Of a DNA stretch of 64,000 bases, positions 12,396 to 25,700 are shown piece after piece. The first letter of the stretch is position 1; the number at the start of each line of letters is the position of its first letter. The DNA is taken from contig CAJFCJ010000004.1 in the NCBI GenBank assembly GCA_904063045.1, positions 985,713-1,049,712 on the forward strand, given 5' to 3'. A program made the position numbers and the translations under genes. The notes under the pieces were generated by a model, which was not told the origin of the DNA, did no database searches, and was given only the letters and a program-made list of their open reading frames with translations. This stretch comes from Dimorphilus gyrociliatus. Its lineage: Eukaryota > Animalia > Annelida.

Positions 12396-15300
12396 CTCTT
12401 CTGTCATCCACTTCTCTCTATTAATTATTACTGAATGGAACAGAGTTTAATGCAATTAAATAGAGAGTAATTTTTTTTCAATAATTCCTATTACTTACTG
12501 TATATGAAATCTATGTTATTTATGTAATATCATTTAGTAGTTACAAGTACGTGATATTATTCACGTATAGTAGAATTGGTAGGATTAAGCGTATCAAGCA
12601 ATAAGAAGATGATAAATTATTTTGAAAAACAAAAACTTCTCGTGCTCAGCAAATCATTTAAAATTCTATATAAATAATATAAAGCAAGGTAGAAAAGTTT
12701 CTTTTTATGTATCATCTTCCTTTTATTTTTCAAGAAAGAAAAGAAACAATTAATCATTAACTCTTGAGCATCTTAAAAATTAATAATTAGATACAACTAC
12801 AATACCAATATATCTCTAAAATTTATATATAGAATGTTAATGTTTATTCTAAAAAAAAACACCTCTTTTATCACATCTTCGCCTTCTTATGTAACAGATT
12901 TTATAGGCTTTATTAATAATTTTGAGTATATTTTTCTTTTGTATATTTACGATATCGCTACAACAGGTACTTAACGTTTTATCAATCAGGTGGCCATATT
13001 CCCTTTGATAGCAAGTCCACCTACGAATTATTTGCATCAACATAGATTTATTACTTTTTCTTTTATTTCCTTTCAAAGAAATTTTCTAAAATAGTTTTAA
13101 GAAAATATATACTTAATCACTAAAGCTTGTGTAAAAGGTCAAATGTTAGAACCAAATGTGTGGTCATGTAAGTCAACAGTCCCCTGGAAAGCGTAATAAA
13201 AATAAAAGAATCTATTTTAATATTTAACTGTGAAATTGTGGTGTTGTTTAGTTGTTTCATATTTGAACAAACTTATTTTAAAACATATCTGTATACAGTA
13301 TACTGTATATACTTTATATATATTATGATTTACAGTGCAACTGTACACGTACACTGAATAGTACTTGTACATTTCTTTTAATAGTAGTATTTTCCCTTTG
13401 ATTAAAGTGTTTTGTCCAAAACGGAAATGGCATTTAAAAAAGAAAATAAGCCGTTAATCTATCTAGAAAAAGAAAAACAATTATTATTTTTTCGTGGTAG
13501 AATATTAGGCCTTAATTTGAATTGAAATTTATTCTAGACGATCAAATACATGCTATATGTCCATATATTGTAATTAAATGTATTACAAAAAGTTCGACGG
13601 AGTAGATAAGTTGATTAAAATTTTGCGTTCAACGCTTTTAAATCAATTTATATAGCTTATAGTGTTTTTGTACAAATTAATCTCTGAAAAAGTTATACGC
13701 AATAGGCTTAATAATTAATTTTCTATTCTAACGTTTTTCTTTAATTGTCGGCAATAAAAACTCTACTATTCCTTAAGCGTTTGGTCAATGACCCCTACGA
13801 CGATCATAAATAAAGATTTTTTTTTCAAATCAAAACTACTTAGTTATAATAGAATTAGAGAATAATAAGCCTACTTGTTGATTAGAAAGCCGTAAAATTC
13901 CAATATTTAGAACGAAATCTCTCAATTCAGAAGATTAATTATAAAATAAAATAACTTGCTATTTTTTAAAGTATCAAATGTAAAAAGAAAATTTCTATTG
14001 ATTAATAATCGATTTTTGTTCCCAAATGATGTAATAGGATTATATGTTAATCTCTTTACTATAATTGACCCAGGTTTTACTTCTCTGTAAACTAAATTGA
14101 TACCAGTGTATTTCATCTGAGTGTTATGCTTTCTTATATATCTCTCTAAATTAAATACACGTGTGGTTGATTGCAGTTGTTCAACCTGACACGTGCTGTT
14201 TTATATACTTTTTTATGAATGTTTTATAGCATGGGAACAAGAAAATATTAAGGGTTATTTTTCTTTTATCTGTAAATATACACTATTAGGGCCATTTGAG
14301 AATTGCAGGTGTTGCTATTATATTAAAATATTTTAGATTTGATATTAAACAGAGAATGAAATTTGGTGAAAATATCAAAAATACTATTTGAAAAAGATGT
14401 GGGTGGAAATTTTCTAAAAATAGGTGGAATTTCAATAATTTTCAGTCAATCAGAAATTTAAGCTGTTATCTAATTAGCGTTTATTTTTTGGATCATAATA
14501 TTCAAACCACGCCAAACCTTCTCTATTTTATCATGCCAGAAAAGTTAGAAAGTTCTATAAAAGTTGTTTAATTTCCCCCACTCCCGTATCAAACAGAAAC
14601 TTTCGCTTTTCCACTCAAACCCCTGGGATTAGCCAAATCAAAGCTTACATAAAGCAATATATAACCACCCATCCTTGGAAAAACAAACCTTTACATATCA
14701 AACCAACAAACATTCCATTGCGATCCATTCGCCAACTGCAACGTATTTTTTATTTTATAAAAAAGGGTAAAATCACAAAAAAATGGTGCAATTAATTTTG
14801 GACCCTTATGCCTTTAAAAGAGATAACGAACGATCCACAGCTGTTGGTCGTCGACTTTCAAAGCACTATCTGTTTTTACGCCTTAATTAAACGCGCGTGT
14901 AAAGCGACCTTCAACCCCGTCTGGTTTTGGGCAAACATGACGCTTCCGTTACAGCTGTGTTCAGTGTGCTGATAAACAATCTTTAGGAATGTTTGCCCAA
15001 ATGTCAACGGACGCTCTAAGTTTGCAGTTTTGTTTGCAATGTTGGTTATAAACAGAATTTTTTCTCTGGAATTCTCAAGTGTACATAGCTAACGGCAAAA
15101 CTTATGAATCAAAATATTTTGCAAGTCAAGTTTTAAAGATATTTAGTTAATCAATCCTGAATCAAATTATTATTGTATTATAGCTACGTTTATAAATCTG
15201 CTTACGTTATAACAAATGTCAATAAAACCAAACACTAACGGAACACGAAAACCCTACCCCCCCCCCTATTTTTTACATACGCGTTCAGCTATAAATTCAC

Positions 15301-16687
15301 TGATGTAATGTATATTATAACAAACGACTTTAACTTTCACCATATGCATCTTACATCCATATGTAGACAGGTTTTAACCGTAATGTAGGTCAGTTGGACA
15401 CAAGATATGTTACTCTATCCTATCCGCCCTCTCATTCTCTCTCGCCTCCCACCCTCTAGTCTAGTCTCTCTTTCTTCTCTCTTTTCTCTCTCTCTCTTTA
15501 TCTATATCTCCTTTTCTTTCTTCCTTCTTATCTTTATGTACTCAGCCCATGTATACAATAAACAAAGAATATATAATTCTATTCAATAAGCAGATAAATA
15601 CGTTTATTTTTTCTGAGATATATCTATAAAAGCCCCTTTTATTTTCAAAGATACGACAAGTAAATGTTTTTGCTGAGTAAAGTAGATTTCTCATTCATTT
15701 AATTAATGAAATAATATATTTTATAAATTTAGCATGATATTACTACAGTTTTTCTGCAAGGAAGTGGAAGAGTTTAAAAGTGCTTCACCTTGAAAAAATT
15801 TCTAGAAACATCTGCTTTACAAATTTCTTGTTTTTCCAACAAACATTATTGATTTGTTTGTAATCAAACAAACTGTTCAATTTACGAAACCTTACGGGCT
15901 AAAAACTGCCAGATAAAATATGATAAGATTGGGGCTAATCTGGAGCAAATCTCTGCACTGAAATGTTGCAGGAGTCTGCGAAATATCAGCCTAGGGTCAT
16001 AATGAGTAATCCTGTGGAATTTGATGTATTGTACAGTCTAATTGCACTTAAGTATTTATCAAGGGTCATGAAAATATAAACTTGCGGAAAAGCAGTTGAA
16101 TTCATGCAAGATTAATAGCAGTATCTCACTAAACTGCAATCCAATTTTCACCTATGATATAACCCTTTTAGGCGAGGGTAAGCTAAAATAAATTTATGTA
16201 ATATACTATTGAGATAGTAATCAAACATTAATTGAAGTTTTAACTAATAAAGAAAAGTTTGAGAGAATACTTTGTTAAATATCTATAAGAGCATATTAAT
16301 CTTTTAATAATACAAAAAGGTAAGAGTAAAGTGTTTTATCGAGTATGACCCTCTTAGATCAGCATATATTTACTTATTATAAGACATAATCTAAAAAGGA
16401 TATTTTTTGTTTTATTATCTATATCGTTTCTTAAATTTAGAAATTTAATAAATATTTAACAATTAACCTAATTTCTTTACCTATTCAAATATTTTGAATA
16501 TAGATAATTCTCGTCTAGTAGAATCTATAAAAAGAAAAAAAAATCAATGTCAATTTATTTATGTTTCAACATTAAATGTTTTGACTAGGAAAATAGGGAA
16601 TGATTGTAAGTGGTATAAAGAGAAAGAAGGATGCGTAAACCAGAAAGAACGGGGGGTGGGGGCTGGTAAAAGGTAAGAAAGACAGAG

Positions 16688-16734
<47 letters not shown>

Positions 16735-19700
16735 AAGGGCAGTAAAAAGGGTGTGTTTGCGTGTATATATGTTTTGGATAAAATGAAAATAATTCTTTCT
16801 ACTTCTACAATTCTAATGTTTCTTACTATATTGACATTGATAGCATTTTGGTACTTGAAAATATTCACAACTTTTTTCATAATTAGATTATTTAGTATTG
16901 TGTTTTTTTCTTTATAAAAATATTGTTTATCACATTATTTTTATAGCTTTATACTATGTAGTAAATCAGATGTGGTTTTTATTTCTTTTACTATTTCTCC
17001 TTACAAGCCTTTGTAGTAAAAGGATGACTGGCGTATTGCCAAATTTTGTAAGGAGAACGCCATCTACTTTCCGGACATTTTGTCATGTAATTGTGCAGGT
17101 AGTTTTACATATTATTTCAACTGTGAAACAATTGCCAATTAGGTATTAAAACTTTTATAATATGAATAAAAGGGAAATATTAAATATAGTCGTATTAAGG
17201 AATATTTAATCGGATACTGTGAAGCGTTGTTAATAATAGTTCACATTGAACTCGAAGCGTCTCTAATTTTAATGATTAAATATGAAGAAAATTGAATAAA
17301 TATGAAGTAAAATAAATCTCAGACTACACTTTATTTGATTTATTATTTCTTGTAAACAACAAAGATTAAAAGTCTCTGGTTTTCTGGCTCTATTTAGAGT
17401 TAATCATAGATCTCTAATATATTATATACGAAAGAGAAAAACATAATAACAATAACATTATGTTACCAACAAATTCGCTTATAGATGTGTAAATATATAG
17501 CCTATAAGTTCTTTATGCTCTATAGTAGTATAGTGATGAATTGCAGTTTTAACTTCGCGTAATTAATTTCCTTTTAACCTTTTTCTTGAAAGATAAAGGG
17601 TTGTAGATAAGAGTTAAGGTTCTAATTGCTTTTCACCATTTATACAAAGAAATCGCTTTGTTTTTGTTACCTGTTTACTTTTAACATTATGTTTTCTTTT
17701 TCTTAAAATATGTTTAAAGATATAATCTTTATAATATTTTCATAAGATAGAAAAGAAAATAGATATGATAAGAATACGATGCGATTTAGCACATAACTGC
17801 GTGATCAATATACATTTATCTATATATTATGTGTATGTTAAAGTTATTTAAATTTCTTTAAGTATATTTGCATAGATAGAATATTAATAATCCATTCGCA
17901 CTTCTTCATAACTTTTAATAGGAATGTTCTGGTTTTATTAACGAATAATATTAAATATTCTTTTCGGTTTAATACCATTTTTTACAATGCCTTATGTCAG
18001 AGGGACTCCGTGGCGCAACGGTAGCGCGTCTGACTCCAGATCAGAAGGTTGCGTGTTCAAATCACGTCGGGGTCATATCTGTTTTTTCTTTTCGTTATCA
18101 GTCTTATTTTTTTTATATTATTAGTAATGCTAGAAAGTAGGTAAACAGCTTAATATAGAACAAAATATTTAATTAACCTTAACAATAACATATACTTGGA
18201 GATTTGTTTTTTTCTTACAACTTGCAAATAGAGTTGAATTCCTTCCTTCCTTCACTAAACTATACTTTCAGGAAGGGATTATTGTTAATAATAAGTGTAT
18301 TTTCTCGTTACAGTATTGTTCATTTCGTTTACATTGTACATTTATAAAGATTATCGGTAAATCCCTACTGTTAGAATGACATACAATTGTTAAACATAAA
18401 GACGCCCCGACATTTATCCAGTATTTTCTTTGAAAAGTAGAAAGGTAACAACAAGAAGAAATACTATATTCTCAATAGTTTTTGATAGTTCAAGTATACT
18501 TTAACGAAATTTAACGATAAGTATCTGAATCTTATCATCCAATCAACACCATTTATTAAATAAGAAAAGAAAACATTGTTCAATAATTTTCCTTATCAAT
18601 TGCACTAAAGAGTAGTGTGGAAAGAGGAAGAAGAGTTAGAAGAAGAAGAAGAAGTAAAATTAATTAATCTTATTTTGTATTCTATTCTTAATATGACAGT
18701 TATAATGCTAATTATTCTACTATGAGAAGATTAATTAAATTCTTAAGAGGAAAGAAAAGAGAAATGAACAGAGACTGCTTTTCTTTTATAGTACCATTTT
18801 GAACTTTATAGTGCAATTGATTGTGTTTTTTTTTGTTTTAATCAGTTCTATAAGAGAAATTAATTGCCAAGGGCAATGAGCCTGTTTATCTATATCGGCA
18901 GACTTTTTTCGTTATTTTTGCATAAATGCTCATGAAAGTGTAGAGTTTCTTATCAACGAAATTATACCCATAAAATATACAACAACATTTTTTTTCTATA
19001 AAACCCAAACTTTAGGCCTAAATCTTTAACTTAATTATCTATAAAAGGTTCAGTAATTCTTAAACACGTATGCTAAATGTTTATATAAGATTATAAAGAG
19101 TTTATCAAACTTTTTCACAGATTTTTAATGATCTCGGAAGCAAAATTGTACAATCAGTTTTCGATGGATATAACGCATGTGTTTTTGCGTACGGTACTAC
19201 GGGAAGCGGTAAAACTCATACTATGATAGGATATGAGGTAACAAATTATTGTGATATTTACAATTAGATGATAAATATACCTATAAATCTATTCTAGAAT
19301 GAAATTGGTATTACTCCAAGAATATGTCAGGTAAGTAATTTGTCAATATTTAAATAATTATAATTAGTAGTATGAATATTTATATTATTTAAATGCTCTT
19401 TTTATAGGCTTTGTTCAATGGAATAAGCGAAAGTCCTCCGGAAAAAGATGATAAACAAAAAACAAACATTTATAAATTAGCTGCAAGGTTTGTAAGAATA
19501 TCATAATTTTTGACAAAAAAACTGTGATAAATATCTAGGAAATTAAGCTTATTATAATATTTTCTGGTCTATTTCGAATTAGAAGATATATCTTGAGTTT
19601 ATATACTAGATTATCTATTCTAATCCTAATCGATTAATGTTTTACAGAGATTAATTCCATGTTGATATTAAAAAAGTTCTTTTTCCTCTTAAATAGTTAT

Positions 19701-22700
19701 TTAGAAATTTACAAAGAAAAAGTTCGTGATTTACTAGCTCCGAAATCAACTCAGGGATTGAAAGTTCGTGAACATCCAAAAGACGGTCCATATGTCCAAG
19801 GTAAAGTAATCTAATATAATCTTATAGATTATAGGTCTTTTTTTCTTATTTTTAAATACCCAATAATTTTCTAACGCTTTATTTAATCCGTTAATCGTGT
19901 GAAAATATTCGTATTTGCTTCCGATGTAACGTAGATGGCGCTTTTATTTGTAAAAAAAAACTTTTTTCTTCCAGACTTATCTCAACATGCTGTAAAGACT
20001 AATTTACATCTACAAAAGCTCATTTCTGAAGGCAGTAAAAGACGTTCTGTTGCTGCTACACATATCCATGATCGAAGTAGTAGAAGTCATGCAATTTTTA
20101 TAATTTATTTTCTACAGGTTTCCCATTGAATTATAATGATATTTTATTTATTAATATTCTAAATATTTTAAATAGGCACATTTAGAAACAAACACTCCCA
20201 GTGAAAAAATGTCTAAAGTTAATTTAGTTGATTTAGCTGGTAGTGAAAGAGCCGATAATAGCTCAAATTCAAGTTCAAAACGACTGAAAGAAGGAGCTAA
20301 TATAAATAAAAGCCTTGTTACTTTGGGTACAGTTATTAAAAGCTTAGGTAAAAATTCAAGGAAATCATTCACTTTTTCTATTTCAAATAGTATAACACTT
20401 GTTCTATTCAGCTGAAATTGGGCTCTTAAGTTCTGAATCATCAGCTTCAACTGGTACAGTTAGAAGTAGAAATCTGTACATTCCCTATAGAGATTCCGCG
20501 CTTACCTGGTTGTTGAAAGATAGTTTAGGTGGAAATTCAAATACAATTATGATTGCAAGTAAGTTTACGTTAATTCTACTCCTATAGAAGAATTTACTAC
20601 ATCTTGAATTAATTTTCACTTTACAGCTATATCTCCTACCGAAAAGCAATATTCTGAAACGTTAAGTACACTTCGATATGCCCAGAGAGCAAAAAATATT
20701 GTCAATAAACCAACTGTTAATGAAGTAAAACTTTGAAATGAAATCACAATAAGAATTGTTTAAATAATTATTCTCTCCAGGATCCAAATGTAAGACTTAT
20801 CAAGGAGCTAAGAGCGGAAATTGAACGATTAAAATTACTTCTAGACTGTCGTCAAAATGGGGTATGCAATATTTTTATAGTTTATACTTCTTCGTAATTA
20901 TTTAACTCTGAAGTCATCACTTTTTTTTTTAAATAATATCTTAACTCTCCAATCAGCCTGTTCTTAATCGATCACCCTCACGTTCCCCAAGACGTAGAGG
21001 GAATAAGACAATAGAAACTCAGGTATAAAGAAAAAAAATCCTACCATATCTTATTTAGCTATGTTTTCATTTTAAAAGCATGAACTTGAGAATCTTTATA
21101 CAAGATTTTACTCATAAAATTAATAATTTATCCTATAATTCTTAAGTAATAATCTTCATCTTCTCTGCTGAAACTTTCAAATCTATGGAAAGAAATCGAC
21201 GTTATCAAAAGACAATTTTCTTTTGATTTCTTACAATTTCACTATGCTCTTACAAAACTTTTAGCCTATCTTCCTTTTTTCTGCTTAAAGATATCGGCAG
21301 TTTTTGTAAGCCTCTAATTAAAAATATCATGCTAAAAAGACAATATTTACAAGTCAACTATTAGATAAAAAAGCGTGTAGTTTATATGAGCATTTACTCT
21401 TTAGCTTGACGTAAATAGCAATATTATGCCATAATGTATTTCTATGAGACTATAATCTGTTTAATTAGTCTTTTTTCCGCTATGGTCTTGGATTTGGACA
21501 CATTCATTCCAGTCTGGCCAAAACGTTTCCTTAACTCTGAGAACATAGTCGCACAGATTTTTCAATTCTTTGGTCATATAGGCGTTTAAACATCCATCCA
21601 TAGAATGATAATATATTTGGCAAAGCAGGCCAAAAATTGCGCAATCGAATTCAGTGATCTTGTCGCCCAATAAAAACTTTTTATCACCTAGCGAAAGAAA
21701 ATATTGAAAAATTTATTGTATTTTCTCAATTATGAGATATTTATTTTACAAACCGAGAAAATCTGAAAGGGCTTTTAGGTCTCTGCGTGCAATATCAAAA
21801 ACCTCCTCTTCAGTATGTCTACCCATTCCTTGACCATAAGCATTTTTTATCTGACCTTTTTTTACAATCTAAAGACAATTAATTATTATAAAGTGATTAA
21901 AATCTTACATATAACTTACCCAGATAACATGCTGAGGTATTTTAGAGATGGTCCAAAGCTTCGGTATTTTTTGATAGACCCACCTTTCCAGAACTAAACA
22001 CCAATACAAGTTTTCCTCAGCCATTTTCTGCATAGCTCTGCCAATTGCTAATTCGGCAGGTGTATAATCGTGATCTAGGTCCACTTTAAATTTCCTTTTC
22101 ATATACTCAATACTGAATTGGGAATCAGTAACGTCATCTTCGTTATACGAAATCCAGGGAAATTTTCCTTTCGAACTCATAACAATATCATGCAGTTCCC
22201 CTTCATATTCGATATTTGTTATCTTCATAAATAGTTCGAGTTTAATTGCAAAAGGTGAAAGAGATGGGGCATAAGGACCCCTGGGACCAATATGAGCATA
22301 GACAATGTCCTTTGGATAATTGGGACGTTTCGAAGACCTAAATAATTGTTATTTTACATTTTGTAAAAATTTAAAAATTTAAAGGTTAAACTACTAACCG
22401 AAAAAATTTAAGATAGACGCCAATTCCAACAATAGGTATAGCTACTGATGCAGCCAGATAAAGCATCTTGTTTGATGTTTAATCGGTCAACACTGAATCC
22501 TAACTGATATATTTAGTAAATGTAGGGCATAATTACAATACATATTAAATAAAATGGATGACAAAATAGCAATATTATTCATTTCTTAACTTAGTTCAAG
22601 GTCGTTGAAAAACGGGTAATTCAATTATAAAATTTTTTATGTAAAAATAATATTAAATTACGAAATTTTTAGACTACAATACAAAAAGTATTATATAATT

Positions 22701-25700
22701 ACGTATTATAAATTGAAATATGCTATGCTAACTCCAATATTCTCTAATATATTACCTGGGAAGTGTCTTCAAGTCATTCATTATTATTTAATCATAATTC
22801 CCTCTTAGCTTAATCTGACTGGCATATCAATATCGTATAAAATCCTTTTTGTAAAGAGTATACCTTTCTATTCTTAAATTTCTGTATTTTTAGTCTTATG
22901 TAAAATTTGCATAACTTTTCCCTATTAGGGATTTTAAATCTTATTTATCCTAATCTCGACTTTTTCCTTTAACCAGCATCTTATATCAAGATTGAAGGTG
23001 TCTCTTTTCCAGTTTAATTAAAAACATGCAAAGATATAGACAACTTGACACCCTGATTCAATAATTACCATTACCAAATAAAATATCTGTTATAGATATC
23101 TTTTTCAATGTCTGTGAAAAAGGTCAACCATGATATGATAACTACTTTTAAACAACGGTGCTGTTCGTAAATTATCAATGATTTTCTATTCAATGTCTTT
23201 TTTTCAGCAAGACTGATTTATAAATTTAAGATATTTCGATGAAAAATACCCTATTTTTATACATTGTAATTAATATACCTAGTCTATAGAATAGGCCTTA
23301 AATAAAGGTTGATATTCAGGACATAGACAGAAAGGAAAGAGCATACATTATATTTTCTATTCACGCAATAGAATGTGAATCCTTACTAATGTCTAGATTA
23401 CAAAATATGTCAAAAATTCGTCGCACGACTAATTCAACCGAATTTTCAATTATTGTAAAATTATTCAATTTCTGTGTAACAACTTAAATTTTATTGGAAA
23501 TCGTTTGCGGAAACTGTTAAAATATCAAAAAAAATAATGATTTAATCAGTTGCAATTGAATTAATGGAGATATAGTATATCAATCATTCTCTTTTCTCTA
23601 TAATATAATCAGGAATATTGTTTATAAGCCCTTAAAGGTGTTTTTTTCCCCTAATTTATTCGGTTGTTTCATTACTAGACTTTATAATAAGAGAAAACCT
23701 TAGCATTTGGGTAGTAGTTTAATAAAGTTATATATAAAATATAATAGTTCTTTTTATGTAAAGTAGATGTCATCATTGTTACGAAAACAAAGTTTTAGTA
23801 GGGGAGATGAGTTATCTTTTTCTCTTTGGAATATTTAACTTATAAAGTCTATTTTAGATTATTTATTGTAAAAGAGAAATGTTTACAATTAAATATTTTC
23901 CCACATGTTTGCCATTCATTATCCTTGTTAGCATTCCAGCATGATACGAAAAAAATTGTCCCAAACCTTTCTATTCTCTAAAAAATACTAAAGAAATAGT
24001 CTAACAGTTTGTTTACTAATACCCTTATATTAACTTTATAAATAATACGTTTTACTAATTATTACACTAAATGATAAAAAGTAGAGCATCATCTTTAACT
24101 CTACTCAATAAGAAACAAAAGAAATTAATATAAAAGCAATATCTCTTTTTTTCAGACCGGACAATTTTTATCAGTTGCCGATAGTAATTCGACGCTTGAA
24201 ATACGCCTTGAAGAAAGCTTAAATAGGGTAAAAATAAAAGAATTTAAACTTTAATCTTTCCAAAAATAAAGAGCAATTATTATTGACTTTAATACTAAAA
24301 TGATAATTAAGCTCTAAAACTTTTCTTGTCAACTTTTCATTAGAACTTTTGCCTTTAAAAAAAATTCGCTACCACTTTTTAGTTTCTTTTCCCTTTTTGC
24401 TAATTTGAATATTTGAATATTAATTATGCTTTTTTTTTCATTTATAAAACTTAAACAATAGGAACGTTCATTAACGCAATCTTGGATTGATAAATGGCAA
24501 ACGCCAAAGTCTGTTATTAAGGAATCTGACTTTAGTATTAGACCAATTTCTAATTTTCAATCGAACGAACGATCACCTGGAATAGTATTAGATCTGCGAC
24601 TACCTCATCTTGTCAGGATACATGACGATCTCTTATTTACGGGAGTGACAGTTTTCATCCTTCAACCGGGCACGACATCTATTGGCTCCATTCGCTCAAC
24701 CTTACCACATGATATAGGTATATTCAATTTTGTTGAATAGAAAAGTAGCACCAGTTTTAATACGACTCTTTTAGAAATGTAGTAGGCATGATAACAATTT
24801 ACAAGAAGTGCCGTTTTTTTTTTTATTAAAAGTCATACATTTACTAAACTTTGAACAAGTTTGTTGAAGTGCTTAGTAACTGTAAAACTTTACTGTTTCA
24901 ACATTTTTTTAATATTGAAAATATTAATCAATTGATTTTTGTTATCGATGTTAAGAAATTTCTACATTTTTTATCCTACAGTTTTAGACGGTTCTGACGT
25001 CTTAGATGAGCATTGTACCATCGTAAATAACGACGGTGTTGTTGCGCTTCATCCAATTGGTGAAGCTTCAATTTTTGTTAACGGGCGACAGTGTAATGAT
25101 AGAGTTTCACTGACGCAAGGAGATCATATATTCTTGGGAAGTGAAAATCTGTTTAGATTTAATCATCCGCAAGAAGCAGCCAGGTTAAGAGAAGCTAGAA
25201 GGGTAAGTGTATTAGTCTATTTCATTGTTTCCTAATTAAGTGAAATAAACTATTTCACAAAAAGAGCGTCTACGGTAAAGATACGCAAGCTGGTGCTCTG
25301 TCCAGGTGTTCTAGTACTGGCTCCATTCCAACGGTGAATAGTAGTGGCATTGACGTCCATTCTCCAGTTTCATCAAGTCCTATGTCGAGAGGGTAAATAT
25401 TAATTTTACTGTGTTGCTTTTGTCACAAAATGTATTTATCTTTATTCAAATCTATATTTTATTAATCAATAATACCTTAAAGAGTATAACTATTTAAATA
25501 TTTAATTAATAAAAGGTACTCGTTATAAAAATATTCGGTCAATTAACGATCAATGATGAAAAATTATCATTTCGTATTATATTACATACTATAAGATAAA
25601 GAAAAGAACTTATTTTATCTCAACAAGTTGAAAACTGGTTGTTGAAAAGAACTTGTAATGCGATTGTTGTTAATTTAAGAATTAATTTAGGCCTATGTCA

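Noticed and set aside
15720-16200. GC-enriched intronic patch with a GTAAGC donor-like site and a 38-codon ORF
   Set aside because: No extended frame on either strand and no recognisable RNA fold; only an 8-bp hairpin (TTTGTTTG-TAAT-CAAACAAA).
12203-16880. ORFs containing SLSLSL runs (12203, 15407, 16572)
   Set aside because: Produced by CT/AG microsatellites and pyrimidine tracts.
9071-25235. ORF-track starts such as 9071, 19935, 20209, 20399 and 24939 treated as separate genes
   Set aside because: They are internal exons with intronic read-through at their ends.
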